DNA from: Candidatus Krumholzibacteriota bacterium | Lineage (GTDB): Bacteria; Krumholzibacteriota; Krumholzibacteriia; LZORAL124-64-63 | Length of the DNA stretch: 36,662 bases | NCBI GenBank assembly: GCA_039714075.1 | Contig: JBDLKA010000026.1 | Location: forward strand, 1 to 36,662 | Reading direction: 5' to 3' | Shown here: positions 16,532 through 25,504 of the stretch, one piece after another | Numbering within the stretch: position 1 is the first letter of the stretch | Layout: each line of letters begins with the position of its first letter | Position numbers and translations under genes: made by a program | Notes under the pieces: model-generated | The model's database searches: none | What the model was told of the DNA's origin: nothing | What the model saw: the letters and a program-made list of their open reading frames with translations, nothing else

Positions 16532-18906
16532 CCTCTTCCTCCGGTTGATCCCGATTTGCCCGGGGATTCCATCTGCGACAGCCGCCATTCCGCCAGCTCG
16601 GATTCGCTCAGGCGGTCCCTCAGATTACCCAGATCTATGGTGTGTCCCATGTCGACGCAGGCAGTAAACATCTCCTTGGCTTCCTCCGCCCGGCCCTTCA
16701 ACAGGTAGACTTCCCCGGCATAGTAGAAACCTTCACATAATTTCTGCCTGTCCCCGGACGGGACCTCCTCCAGCAGCATGGCCGGCGACATTTCTCCCGC
16801 CAGGCAGGCCAGGATGCTTTCCAGCCAGTGATCGTGTTCGATGTTGAGCCGGGCCTCCGCAACGGCGGCTTCCGCCTCCTGATGACGTCCCAGCCCGTGA
16901 AGGACCAGGGCGAGCCGGATGTTGCTGTACGAGGTCCTGGCCAGAAGCAGATAGGCCTTCCGGTAATCCACGACCGCTTCCTCCAGACGTCCCAGGATCC
17001 ACTGGGGGGTTCCCCGATGGTAATAATACCAACCGACAAGGTGGCCCTCGCGCGCGTTTTCAATGGCCTTGGTATAGTCATCCACGGCAGCGGCATAATC
17101 CCCCAGCCAGCGGTGGATCTGGGCGCGTGTTTGATAGCCTTCCAGATAGGCGGGGTTGTTTCCCAGGGCCCGGTCAACTTCCTCCAATGCCTCCCGCGGA
17201 CGGCCCAGACGACACAGCAGGGTGCACCGCAACCCCAACCACTGTTCGGGCCCTCCATCTCCCATTTCCATGAGACGGGAAATCGCCGCCAGACTGATTT
17301 CCAGGTCCCCGGTCAGGGCACTGAACCTCGCCACGTTTTCCAGAGCCAGTTTGTGGTCCGGATCGTGGGTCAGCGCGATATGCGACCAGGCCAGGGCCTG
17401 GTCGTTATCGAGGGTCGTATAGGATCGAAGATACCAGCTGTCGGCCAGGCTGCGGTCCGGGTCTTCATGGGCCCAGGCGCCGAATCCCTCTTCAACGGTG
17501 AGATCCTTGACCACTCCGATCTCCGAACGCAGCGCCCGGTAGATCCATTGGTCGGGCTCCTCCTGAAGCCGCCTGTCCAGCCAGCTCAGCGCCAGACTCC
17601 TTTCCCCGGCCACACACAAAGCCATGGCCTTGATCATGACCGCCTCGAGCAATCCAGGGTACCTGTCCGGAGCATCCAGGGCGTAGTTGATAGCGATCCC
17701 GCTGGGAGGACTGGGAATCATGAACTGGTGCCGCAGGATCAGGGTATCCCTCCGGGCCCGTTCCATGTCGTAGGGCGGCTGGGCAGCCTGCCAGGCCCAG
17801 ATCACACCCAGGACAAGAGCGGCGGCGGCCAACACGCTTGCCAGGCGGTGCCTCAATACGGCCTTGCGCAGGATGTAGAGCCGGGACGGCCGCCGGGCCA
17901 GAATGGGTTCTTTGGCCATGAAACGGCGCAGATCCTCGCCCAGACCCGCCGCGGTGGAATAACGTCGTTCGGGCTCCTTGGCCAGGGCCTTGAGAACGAT
18001 GTTTTCCAGGTCGCCCCGCAAAGAGGAGTCCAGCCGGCTCGGCCGGGCGGGTTCCTCGTCGCAAATGGACGTCACGGTTTCGGGGGTGAAGCTGTGGGCG
18101 TCATGGGGCGGCTTCCCGGTCAGGATCTCGTAAAGGATTACGCCGAGTGAATAAACATCCGAAGGCGCGTCGATATCGGAGGCCTTGCCCATGACCTGCT
18201 CCGGACTCATGTACCGGGGCGTGCCCGCCATCAAACCCGTGCGGGTCATGGTAAGGGCCATTCCCGGATCGGGTTGCGTCAAATGGGCCAGGCCGAAATC
18301 CAGGATCTTGGGATTGCCCTCGTCCGTGACCATGATGTTCGAGGGCTTCAGGTCCCGATGGATCACCCCGCAGTCATGGGCGTACTGGGCGGCCAGGCAG
18401 ATCTTCTGAAACAGGATCAGCCTTTCCCCGCGGGACAGATCGTTGTCACTGAGGAATTCCTGCAGGGACTTGCCCCGGACCAGCTCCATGGCGAAGTAGT
18501 GCAGGCCGTCTTCGGTCCGCCCGGCCTCGTAGATGGTTGCGATGGAAGGGTGATGGAGTCTGGCCAGGGTCTGGGTTTCCCGCACGAAATGCTTCACGTG
18601 CTTCTCGCCCGCAAAACGGCCGCCCCGCAAAACCTTCAAGGCGATGGCGCGGCGGGGCGACTCCTGTTCGGCCTCATAGACCAGGGCCTGGCCGCCCTCC
18701 CCCAGAAGCCCCTTGATGGTGTAGGGCCCGATTTTATCGGGCAGGGGCACTTCCTCGGACAGATCGGCACTGATCCGACGGATATCCTCACGAATTCTGC
18801 CGGCCCGGCGGCGGCATTCCGGGCACTCTTCCAGGTGCCGGTCCAACTCCTGGGCATCCCGGTCGATCCAGCTCCAGAGTTTTGCTTCCGGAAGATCGCA
18901 ACCCAT
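16528..18906 (-). CDS. Hanks-type Ser/Thr kinase with N-terminal zinc-finger anti-sigma (HxxxCxxC) motif, one TM helix and C-terminal TPR repeats
   Basis: HLEECPEC; LGEGGQ, IALKVL, HRDLKPSN, DFG, GTPRYMSPEQ, DVYSLG; TM LASVLAAAALVLGVIWAW; TPR-like helices. Start set at ATG 18906; the ORF is open from 18957. Confidence 0.9.
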   Translation of the reverse strand: MGCDLPEAKLWSWIDRDAQELDRHLEECPECRRRAGRIREDIRRISADLSEEVPLPDKIGPYTIKGLLGEGGQALVYEAEQESPRRAIALKVLRGGRFAGEKHVKHFVRETQTLARLHHPSIATIYEAGRTEDGLHYFAMELVRGKSLQEFLSDNDLSRGERLILFQKICLAAQYAHDCGVIHRDLKPSNIMVTDEGNPKILDFGLAHLTQPDPGMALTMTRTGLMAGTPRYMSPEQVMGKASDIDAPSDVYSLGVILYEILTGKPPHDAHSFTPETVTSICDEEPARPSRLDSSLRGDLENIVLKALAKEPERRYSTAAGLGEDLRRFMAKEPILARRPSRLYILRKAVLRHRLASVLAAAALVLGVIWAWQAAQPPYDMERARRDTLILRHQFMIPSPPSGIAINYALDAPDRYPGLLEAVMIKAMALCVAGERSLALSWLDRRLQEEPDQWIYRALRSEIGVVKDLTVEEGFGAWAHEDPDRSLADSWYLRSYTTLDNDQALAWSHIALTHDPDHKLALENVARFSALTGDLEISLAAISRLMEMGDGGPEQWLGLRCTLLCRLGRPREALEEVDRALGNNPAYLEGYQTRAQIHRWLGDYAAAVDDYTKAIENAREGHLVGWYYYHRGTPQWILGRLEEAVVDYRKAYLLLARTSYSNIRLALVLHGLGRHQEAEAAVAEARLNIEHDHWLESILACLAGEMSPAMLLEEVPSGDRQKLCEGFYYAGEVYLLKGRAEEAKEMFTACVDMGHTIDLGNLRDRLSESELAEWRLSQMESPGKSGSTGGRG

Positions 18907-19066
18907 CGTTTTGCCTTTGGTAGAAGTGCGGGTCATCGCCCGAATCCCAACCCCCATTCTACCTTATTTTGAGCAGGAATGAAAAGGTGGTCCCGATAAA
19001 TTTCCGTCGAATCGGCCCGGCCGATGTTATAGTAGACAGAACCCGGTTCTACGAAAGGGATCGTCC

Positions 19067-19639
19067 ATGCGGGAACCCCAGGGCGCAAACCAGAACCTCG
19101 CCGACCTCACCCCCGACCTGGTGGCCCGTCTCCGTGCGGGAGACGCCGGCGCCGGCAATATGCTCCACGAACTCTACCAACCGCCACTGGTGCGTTATTG
19201 TTTCCGCTTCCTGGCGAGCAAGGACGAAGCCGAGGACGTGGTTCAGGAAGTTTTCCTGCGCGTCCTGAAAAACAAGGCCCAGCCCGAAAATTTCAGGGCC
19301 TGGATCTACAAGATCACCCGCAACCGGTGCCTTGATATGATTCGCCGGCGGGGCCGCCGACGTGACGACCAGGCTCTGCCCACCGCCTCACGCCTGGACG
19401 CCGATTTGACCGGCTGCCTGACCAAACTGGTGCGCCGGGAACAACGGGCCCACCTCAGGCGGGCCCTGGCCGAACTTCCGGAAAACCAACGGGAAGTCCT
19501 GCACCTGCGCTATGCCGAGGATTTGTCCCGGATCGAGATCGCCCTGGTGCTCGACATTTCTGAAAATATCGTAAAATCAAGACTTTACGAAGGCATGGTA
19601 AAACTCCGCGCCCACGACTCCCTGGTTGACCGAAGATAA
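19067..19639 (+). CDS. ECF RNA polymerase sigma factor
   Basis: Region 2 EAEDVVQEVFL, FRAWIYKITRNRCLD; region 4 LAELPENQREVLHLRY...EIA..L..SENIVKSRL. Confidence 0.92.
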   Translation: MREPQGANQNLADLTPDLVARLRAGDAGAGNMLHELYQPPLVRYCFRFLASKDEAEDVVQEVFLRVLKNKAQPENFRAWIYKITRNRCLDMIRRRGRRRDDQALPTASRLDADLTGCLTKLVRREQRAHLRRALAELPENQREVLHLRYAEDLSRIEIALVLDISENIVKSRLYEGMVKLRAHDSLVDRR

Positions 19640-19650
19640 TTCATTTTTTT

Positions 19651-19919
19651 TCCGTCCTTTTCCCTTCCGGCGCGTCCTAACAGTACAGGGATTATTCTGG
19701 CGCAAGGGGGTTAGGCGCCAAAGACAAGCGGGATCAGGGGTCATCCATATACGCTGCCTTGCCGGCTTTGGGCGAGACCGGCAGGTCAGTGGGCAAATAA
19801 CGGAGCCCCTGGTTCCGCCCCGTTGGGTGAATTGAAACGAGTTATAGATGCCCGGGACCGGTTGATGTCCTCTGGGGGTATACGCATCGGCATTGCGCCA
19901 TGGGTATTGGGGGGACGGA
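19651..19919 (+). ncRNA. Candidate structured non-coding RNA (unassigned)
   Basis: Nested helices read by eye, with G-U pairs on the + strand (see findings). No credible ORF and no family recognised. Confidence 0.3.
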
Positions 19920-19993
19920 TTCATGATGTCCTTGTGACAGGCCGTCCTCAATGAGGCCGCCGATACCGGCCCGGGCCCCACATTCAAATTATC

Positions 19994-20452
19994 TCAAAAC
20001 AAGACTTCTCCGGGAGTCTTGATTTTTTTCACCAACGCCGCGGCCGATGGCTCTTCCGCAGTGATTTCCAGCACGCCACATTCAATCCCCACGGCCTCGC
20101 AGGCCAGCTGCAGGGATTGCCGGTAGGGTTCCGCTCCCGGATCCACCGAAGTGGAACGGGTGATGAAGACCACCCGGCGGGCTTCTGACTCGGCGAGTTG
20201 TCCGGCCGTTTTTCGGGCGTGGTCCGGCACCTGGTCGGCCGTCAGCAGATGGTCGTAAGCGGGGATCATTCTGTCAGGTTCCAAAAGCCCGTAGATTCCC
20301 GACAAAATGCGAAAGCCGAACTGCAATCTGGAAGCAGCTTCATCGGCCGCATGAATACGGGCACTGAGATAACGGTCCCGGGCCGGGAGAAGATCCTGGG
20401 ACGGGTCCTTCTCCCGACTGCAATAGGTGACCACCAAAGTATTGTGCCACAT
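19994..20452 (-). CDS. DUF6884 / YaaA-like domain protein
   Basis: VVTYCSREK...PARDRYLS...ILSGIYGLLEP...IPAYD pattern. Confidence 0.65.
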   Translation of the reverse strand: MWHNTLVVTYCSREKDPSQDLLPARDRYLSARIHAADEAASRLQFGFRILSGIYGLLEPDRMIPAYDHLLTADQVPDHARKTAGQLAESEARRVVFITRSTSVDPGAEPYRQSLQLACEAVGIECGVLEITAEEPSAAALVKKIKTPGEVLF

Positions 20453-20650
20453 TTTCTTGATGACCCTTTCCCAAACGGTTCGCTTTGATACACCGGTTCA
20501 ACCGCTCCACCACCCTACATTTGGCCCGCCGGTCTGTCACCGGGTACCTGACCCACAGCGAAACCGGACTTTGCCGGGAAATTGTGGTACTATACCGATT
20601 GAATCCCGATTGCCTCGTCGCCCATTCCCCTTTTCATTCGGTTGGACAAC

Positions 20651-22597
20651 ATGCTTTCAAGCGCCCGACGCCATTTCTGCTGCGGAATCCTGACCCTCAT
20701 TATCGCCCTGGCGGCCGTTCTGCCACCCGCCGCCGACGCCCAGGTGTCGGCCGCCAAACCCTACTCCCAGGTCGTCGCGGAAGTCATGGGTTTTCTGGTC
20801 TCGGACGTGGGCCGGAACGGCATCCGCACCAATGACGACGATCCCCTGGGGTATCCCGTCCCCCCCTATTTCTACAGCTACGCCATCAACGACGGGAACA
20901 ATCTGGACGGTAACCTGAACGGCTATCCCGGATACCTTTCGGTCAGCTATCCCGCCTACACCGCGGCGGTGGCCATCGACGCGTTTCTGGACTGGCGGCG
21001 CTGGAGCGGCGACGCCGAAGGCCTGGCCCGAGCCCGGCAGTACGCCGACTGGATCCTGGAGCATCGCACCCCCGCCGGCGACCTCTACGGCAACCTGCCC
21101 TACAGCACCCAGACCGACGCCGTCATGGGCGGCGGCTGGGACGGCCCGGCGATCATGACCGACAAGCCCGCCATGTTCGGGCTACGGCTGTTGCGCCTGT
21201 ACGATATCACCGCCGAACCGGCCTACCTGGATGGGGCCCTGGAAATCGCCGCTGTCCTGGCGGCCACCCAGATGACCGGACCGGTGGAAGACCAGGGGCG
21301 CTGGCCCTTCCGCGTGGTGCCCGCCGACGGAACCGTCACCCAGGACTACACCAGCCACCTGACACCGGCGGTGCGTTTTTTCGACGACCTGGCCGCGCGC
21401 ACCGGTGATCCCGCCTACGAGCAGGCGCGAGACGGGGCCTGGGCCTGGCTGCTGGCCAATCCCTGCGAATCCACTTCCGCTTCGTACATGCGGTGGGAAG
21501 CTTTCTACGAAGACCAGACTCCCGCCATGCAGACCGGCAAGGGCGATCACTACTCGGGCCATGAAATGGTCGTTGAACTGACCACCCGGCGACCGACCGG
21601 CTGGGAGGATCTGGCGATCGCGGTTTTCGATTCCCTGTCCGCACGTTTTCTCGTGGAGGATCCCCTCAGCAAGTACGCCCCCTTCATACCGGTGACCCTG
21701 GAGTGGTTCGGCTGGCCCGAGGCCACCTACGCCAGCAGCCTGCAGTACGCCCGCACGGCCCTTCTCCTTCACCAAGCCCTGGAAGGAGACGCGCGCCAGG
21801 ATCCCGCCTGGAAGCAGACCGGCTTGGACATGGCGGCCGTCTGCTCCCACGGACAGAACGACCGGGGTACCGCCGCCGACGGCCGCATGTTCACGACCGT
21901 CTACGATCTGGTCACGTACTTCAACATCGACAGCTGGTACGAGCAGGATTTCAACACCGTCAAATACTTCCTGGAGATCATGGACCTGGAACCCGGCCTG
22001 GCTCCGGGTGACGAGTGCCACATCCTGGCCGCGGACCGGGCCCTGACCAGCGTCGCCTACCCCCAGGGAGCCATACTGGTGGAATACGCGACGGCCGGAA
22101 ATGCCGGCAACGAGCGGATCAGGATGCCCGCCGCCCCGGCCTCCGTGACCGCCGCGGGCGTCTTGCTGCCCGAGCTTCCGTCCCCGCCGGCCGGGTCTTC
22201 CGGCTGGCATTTCGACCCGGTTACCGGAGTGCTGCAAGTTTCCCATTCCACGGGTCCGATCGTCGTCACGTCAGCGGTATCAGCGGTTCCCGGCAATGGT
22301 TTGGCCTCGGAAACGGCCCCACTTCTCCAACTCAGGGCGCTTGGGGCTTCGGGGGCGCATCGCGCGGCCATAGGAGTTGACCTTGCACTGGAGGGCAATC
22401 TGAGCCTGGCGGTGTACGACCTGCAGGGCCGCCTGGTGCGCGAGCTGTTGGGCGGGGAACGGTTGGCGGCGGGGTTCCACCGGGTGGTGTGGGACGGCCG
22501 GGACAGCCGGGGCCTACAGGCTGCCAGCGGCGTCTATCTCGTGCAGGGCCGCGCGGGCCGGGCGGTCGCCCGCACCCGCATTCTGCAGGTGCGCTGA
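20651..22597 (+). CDS. Secreted (alpha/alpha)-barrel glycoside hydrolase/lyase-like protein with C-terminal FlgD-Ig/T9SS-like domain
   Basis: Signal peptide ending ADA-Q; helical repeats such as LLRLYDITAEPAYLDGALEIA; C-terminus AVYDLQGRLVREL...WDGRDSRG...SGVYL. Confidence 0.7.
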   Translation: MLSSARRHFCCGILTLIIALAAVLPPAADAQVSAAKPYSQVVAEVMGFLVSDVGRNGIRTNDDDPLGYPVPPYFYSYAINDGNNLDGNLNGYPGYLSVSYPAYTAAVAIDAFLDWRRWSGDAEGLARARQYADWILEHRTPAGDLYGNLPYSTQTDAVMGGGWDGPAIMTDKPAMFGLRLLRLYDITAEPAYLDGALEIAAVLAATQMTGPVEDQGRWPFRVVPADGTVTQDYTSHLTPAVRFFDDLAARTGDPAYEQARDGAWAWLLANPCESTSASYMRWEAFYEDQTPAMQTGKGDHYSGHEMVVELTTRRPTGWEDLAIAVFDSLSARFLVEDPLSKYAPFIPVTLEWFGWPEATYASSLQYARTALLLHQALEGDARQDPAWKQTGLDMAAVCSHGQNDRGTAADGRMFTTVYDLVTYFNIDSWYEQDFNTVKYFLEIMDLEPGLAPGDECHILAADRALTSVAYPQGAILVEYATAGNAGNERIRMPAAPASVTAAGVLLPELPSPPAGSSGWHFDPVTGVLQVSHSTGPIVVTSAVSAVPGNGLASETAPLLQLRALGASGAHRAAIGVDLALEGNLSLAVYDLQGRLVRELLGGERLAAGFHRVVWDGRDSRGLQAASGVYLVQGRAGRAVARTRILQVR

Positions 22598-22616
22598 GGC
22601 CCTCCGCGGGACCAGG

Positions 22617-24110
22617 TCAGGAACTGTCGCCAACCGTCCGCATGCCGCGGGCCAGACTCCACCCGTTGACCCCCACCAGCAGCAACGTGAGCAGCAGGGA
22701 CAAGCCCATGGCCAGCCCCACAGGCATGGACTCGCCATAGGGCACCGCCCCGGGTACGAGAGCCAGGAAGATACCGGCGGTCACCAACAACAACTGCTGG
22801 CGCAGCGGGAAACCGCCCAGCAGAAAGAGCAGCAACCAGAGGCTGCCGAAGGAAACGTAATCACCCCAGGCGGCCGGGCTGGTCAACGAGGCCAGGTTCA
22901 ACAGGGCCAGCCAGCAAAGGGCCCGGCTCCGCGCGTCCTGCACTCGGCCGCTCAACATGGTGGCGGCAACCACCGCGAGAGTGAACAGGCCGTGGACCAC
23001 GCGGGCCAGGTCGTCGGTCATGCCGCCGAGGCCCAGATCACCCAGTTTGCGCACGAACGCGAACAGGGAAAGGTTGCCGGCCAGCAATACGGTCCGGAAG
23101 TCCGGCCAGACCTCTTCGAAGGCGAAGGCCGCACCGCTCTTCAGGCGTGGCAGGTTATAGGTGAAGAAAGCCTCGAAGAGATCAGTGCCCATAACGGCCA
23201 CCGCCAGCAGGGTCAGGCCGGTTCCCCAGACGCCCGTCCAGACGAGGGCCCGCCACCGCCGCCAGAGCAGCAGCGGGACCAGGACGAAGGCGCCGTAGCC
23301 CTTGCACAGGATGGCCAGGGCCAGCAGAGCACCGCCCGGCAGGTCGCGTCGGCGTTCGAAGGCGACGAACGCGGCCATGGCCAGCAGGAAACTGGTTATG
23401 TGCACCTGGCCATATTGGAGGTTGTAGATGGAGGGAACCGAGAACCACAGCAGTGGCGTCAGAACCAGGGCCAATGTTCCCGTCGCCCCGCCGAACCAAC
23501 GCGCCACCAGCAACGACACCCCCACCATCAACAAGGCCTGCAGGCTGTACCAAACGGCCCGGATCACCTGGAAATCATCCGTCAGGGCAATGGCCAGGCG
23601 CGGCAGCATCAGGAACTGGGGCGGATAGACGTAGGGGTCTTCCGGGACCAGGTTGTTCACGGTGGTATGGATCTCGGCGGCGGGATTCATCCCCGGATAG
23701 TGCTCGGCCTCGTAGATGTTGGGTTCGCCCTGCCGGTGCAGGTCGGCCGCATAGACGTAGGCCACCATACAGGCGTGTTCCGACCAAAGGGCCTGTTTTG
23801 TGGTCAGCCACCACCCCCGCTCCGGATCGGCGATGTGCAAGCTCTGTCTTGCGGTCTGCACCATGCCCAGCGCGATCAACAGGAACCAGAGAATGGTCAG
23901 CCACCGGTTCCTGCGGGCCAAAGCGGTCAGTTCGGCGATCAGGTCCAAGGGCAGGCGGCGGTGGAGGACCCAGGCCGCGGCAATCCCCAGCAGCAACGTC
24001 AGCGGCAGGGCCGCCGCGGCGGTGGTCACCTTGAGGGCCGGCCAGGCCATCAGCGCCAGGGTGGTCGCCAGCAGGAGCGCCACCACGATTCTGGTCACGG
24101 AATCTTTCAT
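22617..24110 (-). CDS. Glycosyltransferase family 87 (DUF2029), GT-C membrane protein
   Basis: YVYPPQF, NLQYGQ, LALAILCK, GNLSL. More than 10 TM helices. Confidence 0.8.
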   Translation of the reverse strand: MKDSVTRIVVALLLATTLALMAWPALKVTTAAAALPLTLLLGIAAAWVLHRRLPLDLIAELTALARRNRWLTILWFLLIALGMVQTARQSLHIADPERGWWLTTKQALWSEHACMVAYVYAADLHRQGEPNIYEAEHYPGMNPAAEIHTTVNNLVPEDPYVYPPQFLMLPRLAIALTDDFQVIRAVWYSLQALLMVGVSLLVARWFGGATGTLALVLTPLLWFSVPSIYNLQYGQVHITSFLLAMAAFVAFERRRDLPGGALLALAILCKGYGAFVLVPLLLWRRWRALVWTGVWGTGLTLLAVAVMGTDLFEAFFTYNLPRLKSGAAFAFEEVWPDFRTVLLAGNLSLFAFVRKLGDLGLGGMTDDLARVVHGLFTLAVVAATMLSGRVQDARSRALCWLALLNLASLTSPAAWGDYVSFGSLWLLLFLLGGFPLRQQLLLVTAGIFLALVPGAVPYGESMPVGLAMGLSLLLTLLLVGVNGWSLARGMRTVGDSS

Positions 24111-24246
24111 AATCAATTTCCCCCGGAGAGCGGATTATATGATTTGGCTGGGTAGGAAAATCAAGAAGACGAATTAAATCCTGTTTTGTTTCACCATAAC
24201 GTTAACCAAAGGCGGGCGCCAGCTGAATGACGATACAGACGAGGGG

Positions 24247-25500
24247 TTATTTCCCCTTTATCACGACCACCCCGCGGTCTTCGGATTCCGCAGCCCAGAG
24301 CTCGACGGCTTTTTCGAAATCGACCATCGCCTTTTCCACCAGCAGGTTGTGGTTTTTTACCTTGAGGTTGACGGCCCGGCGTTCATCATTGATCGCCCTG
24401 ATCCTGTCCAGTTCCCGTTCATAGGCTTTCTTGCCCAAAAAATAACTGCCCAAGATCAGCGCCACTCCGGATATCAGGAATGTTTCGGCGGGAAACTGTC
24501 CCTCGCCCTCCGAAACCGCCATCCCCAGGATGCCGGGAGCCAGGGGAAAGACGAAAAAGGTCTCGGCCATGGCATTGTATTGCTGCTTTTTTTCATAGGC
24601 CGTTTTTTCATTCATCATGGGGATTACCGCTATCAGTTCTGGTAGGCCCACCATTTCCCGGGCCTCGTGGACCCACTTCTGCGGATCATGAACGTGGTGG
24701 CAATCTTCGCAGCGGTTCACCGGCCGCACCCTCAACTCCTGGATGTGCCGGCTCAGGACTATGGTCCGCGCGGGTTCCCGTTTCTTGTTGAGGTTTTCCC
24801 GGTCGTGGCACGTCATGCACAGCGTCTGGATTCCCACACCGGTAACAACCTGCATGACGCCGGTCACCTTGCCGTCCGTCACATGGTCCGACAAGGCGCT
24901 GTGGCAATCCTCGCAGGCCAGGGTCCGGTGCTCCCCCACCGCATGGAGCGTCAGGATCGGCGAGTGGCAATCCCGGCAGGATTCATTGGCCATATGCCGG
25001 GGTCCCGCTTCCGCCCAGTAGTCGGCGTCGGGATTATCCGCCCCGAACGGCGGTGAAAGGGCTCGCAACTCCTCGGGCGTGGGCGGTTCGGGAGGGGTTT
25101 CCAGAAGGATGAATTCCAGTTCCATCAACTCGCCGGCCGAAACCGCCAAATCATGGCTCAGGGGTTGGAAACCCTCGGCGTTCACCGTCAGGTGATACCG
25201 TCCGGGATCGAGTTCCAGTTCGGCCGGGGTGCTTTCACCGGTTCTCTGGCCGTCGAGCATGATCCGCTGTTCCGATGGATCGGAAGTGACCACCACCCGG
25301 GCCTTGCTGGGGAAATCCTGCGGGCTGTCGTCCGCCGCATCCTGTCCCAGGGCCGGAAGAGGGGATCCCTGAAACAGCAGCAGGCTCCAGGCAGCACAAA
25401 GAACGGCGGCCTTCCACTTCCTGTTTCTCCGGCCGGACCGGAATTCCAGGACTCTGCGACTGCCCCGGGGGGACTTGAAATCGGCTTGCGGGAGAGTCAT
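24247..25500 (-). CDS. PEGA-domain / tetraheme cytochrome c fusion with C-terminal hydrophobic segments
   Basis: PEGA-like VTSDPS..IMLDG..GESTP..L.PGRYHLTV..EGF; CRDCH, CEDCH, CMTCH, CEDCH. Confidence 0.8.
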   Translation of the reverse strand: MTLPQADFKSPRGSRRVLEFRSGRRNRKWKAAVLCAAWSLLLFQGSPLPALGQDAADDSPQDFPSKARVVVTSDPSEQRIMLDGQRTGESTPAELELDPGRYHLTVNAEGFQPLSHDLAVSAGELMELEFILLETPPEPPTPEELRALSPPFGADNPDADYWAEAGPRHMANESCRDCHSPILTLHAVGEHRTLACEDCHSALSDHVTDGKVTGVMQVVTGVGIQTLCMTCHDRENLNKKREPARTIVLSRHIQELRVRPVNRCEDCHHVHDPQKWVHEAREMVGLPELIAVIPMMNEKTAYEKKQQYNAMAETFFVFPLAPGILGMAVSEGEGQFPAETFLISGVALILGSYFLGKKAYERELDRIRAINDERRAVNLKVKNHNLLVEKAMVDFEKAVELWAAESEDRGVVVIKGK

Positions 25501-25504
25501 CGGG

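Noticed and set aside
19728..19818. SRP (4.5S) or 6S RNA identity for the hairpin
   Set aside because: It lacks the SRP GGAA tetraloop/AGCAG motif and is too short for a typical 6S; kept only as an unassigned candidate.
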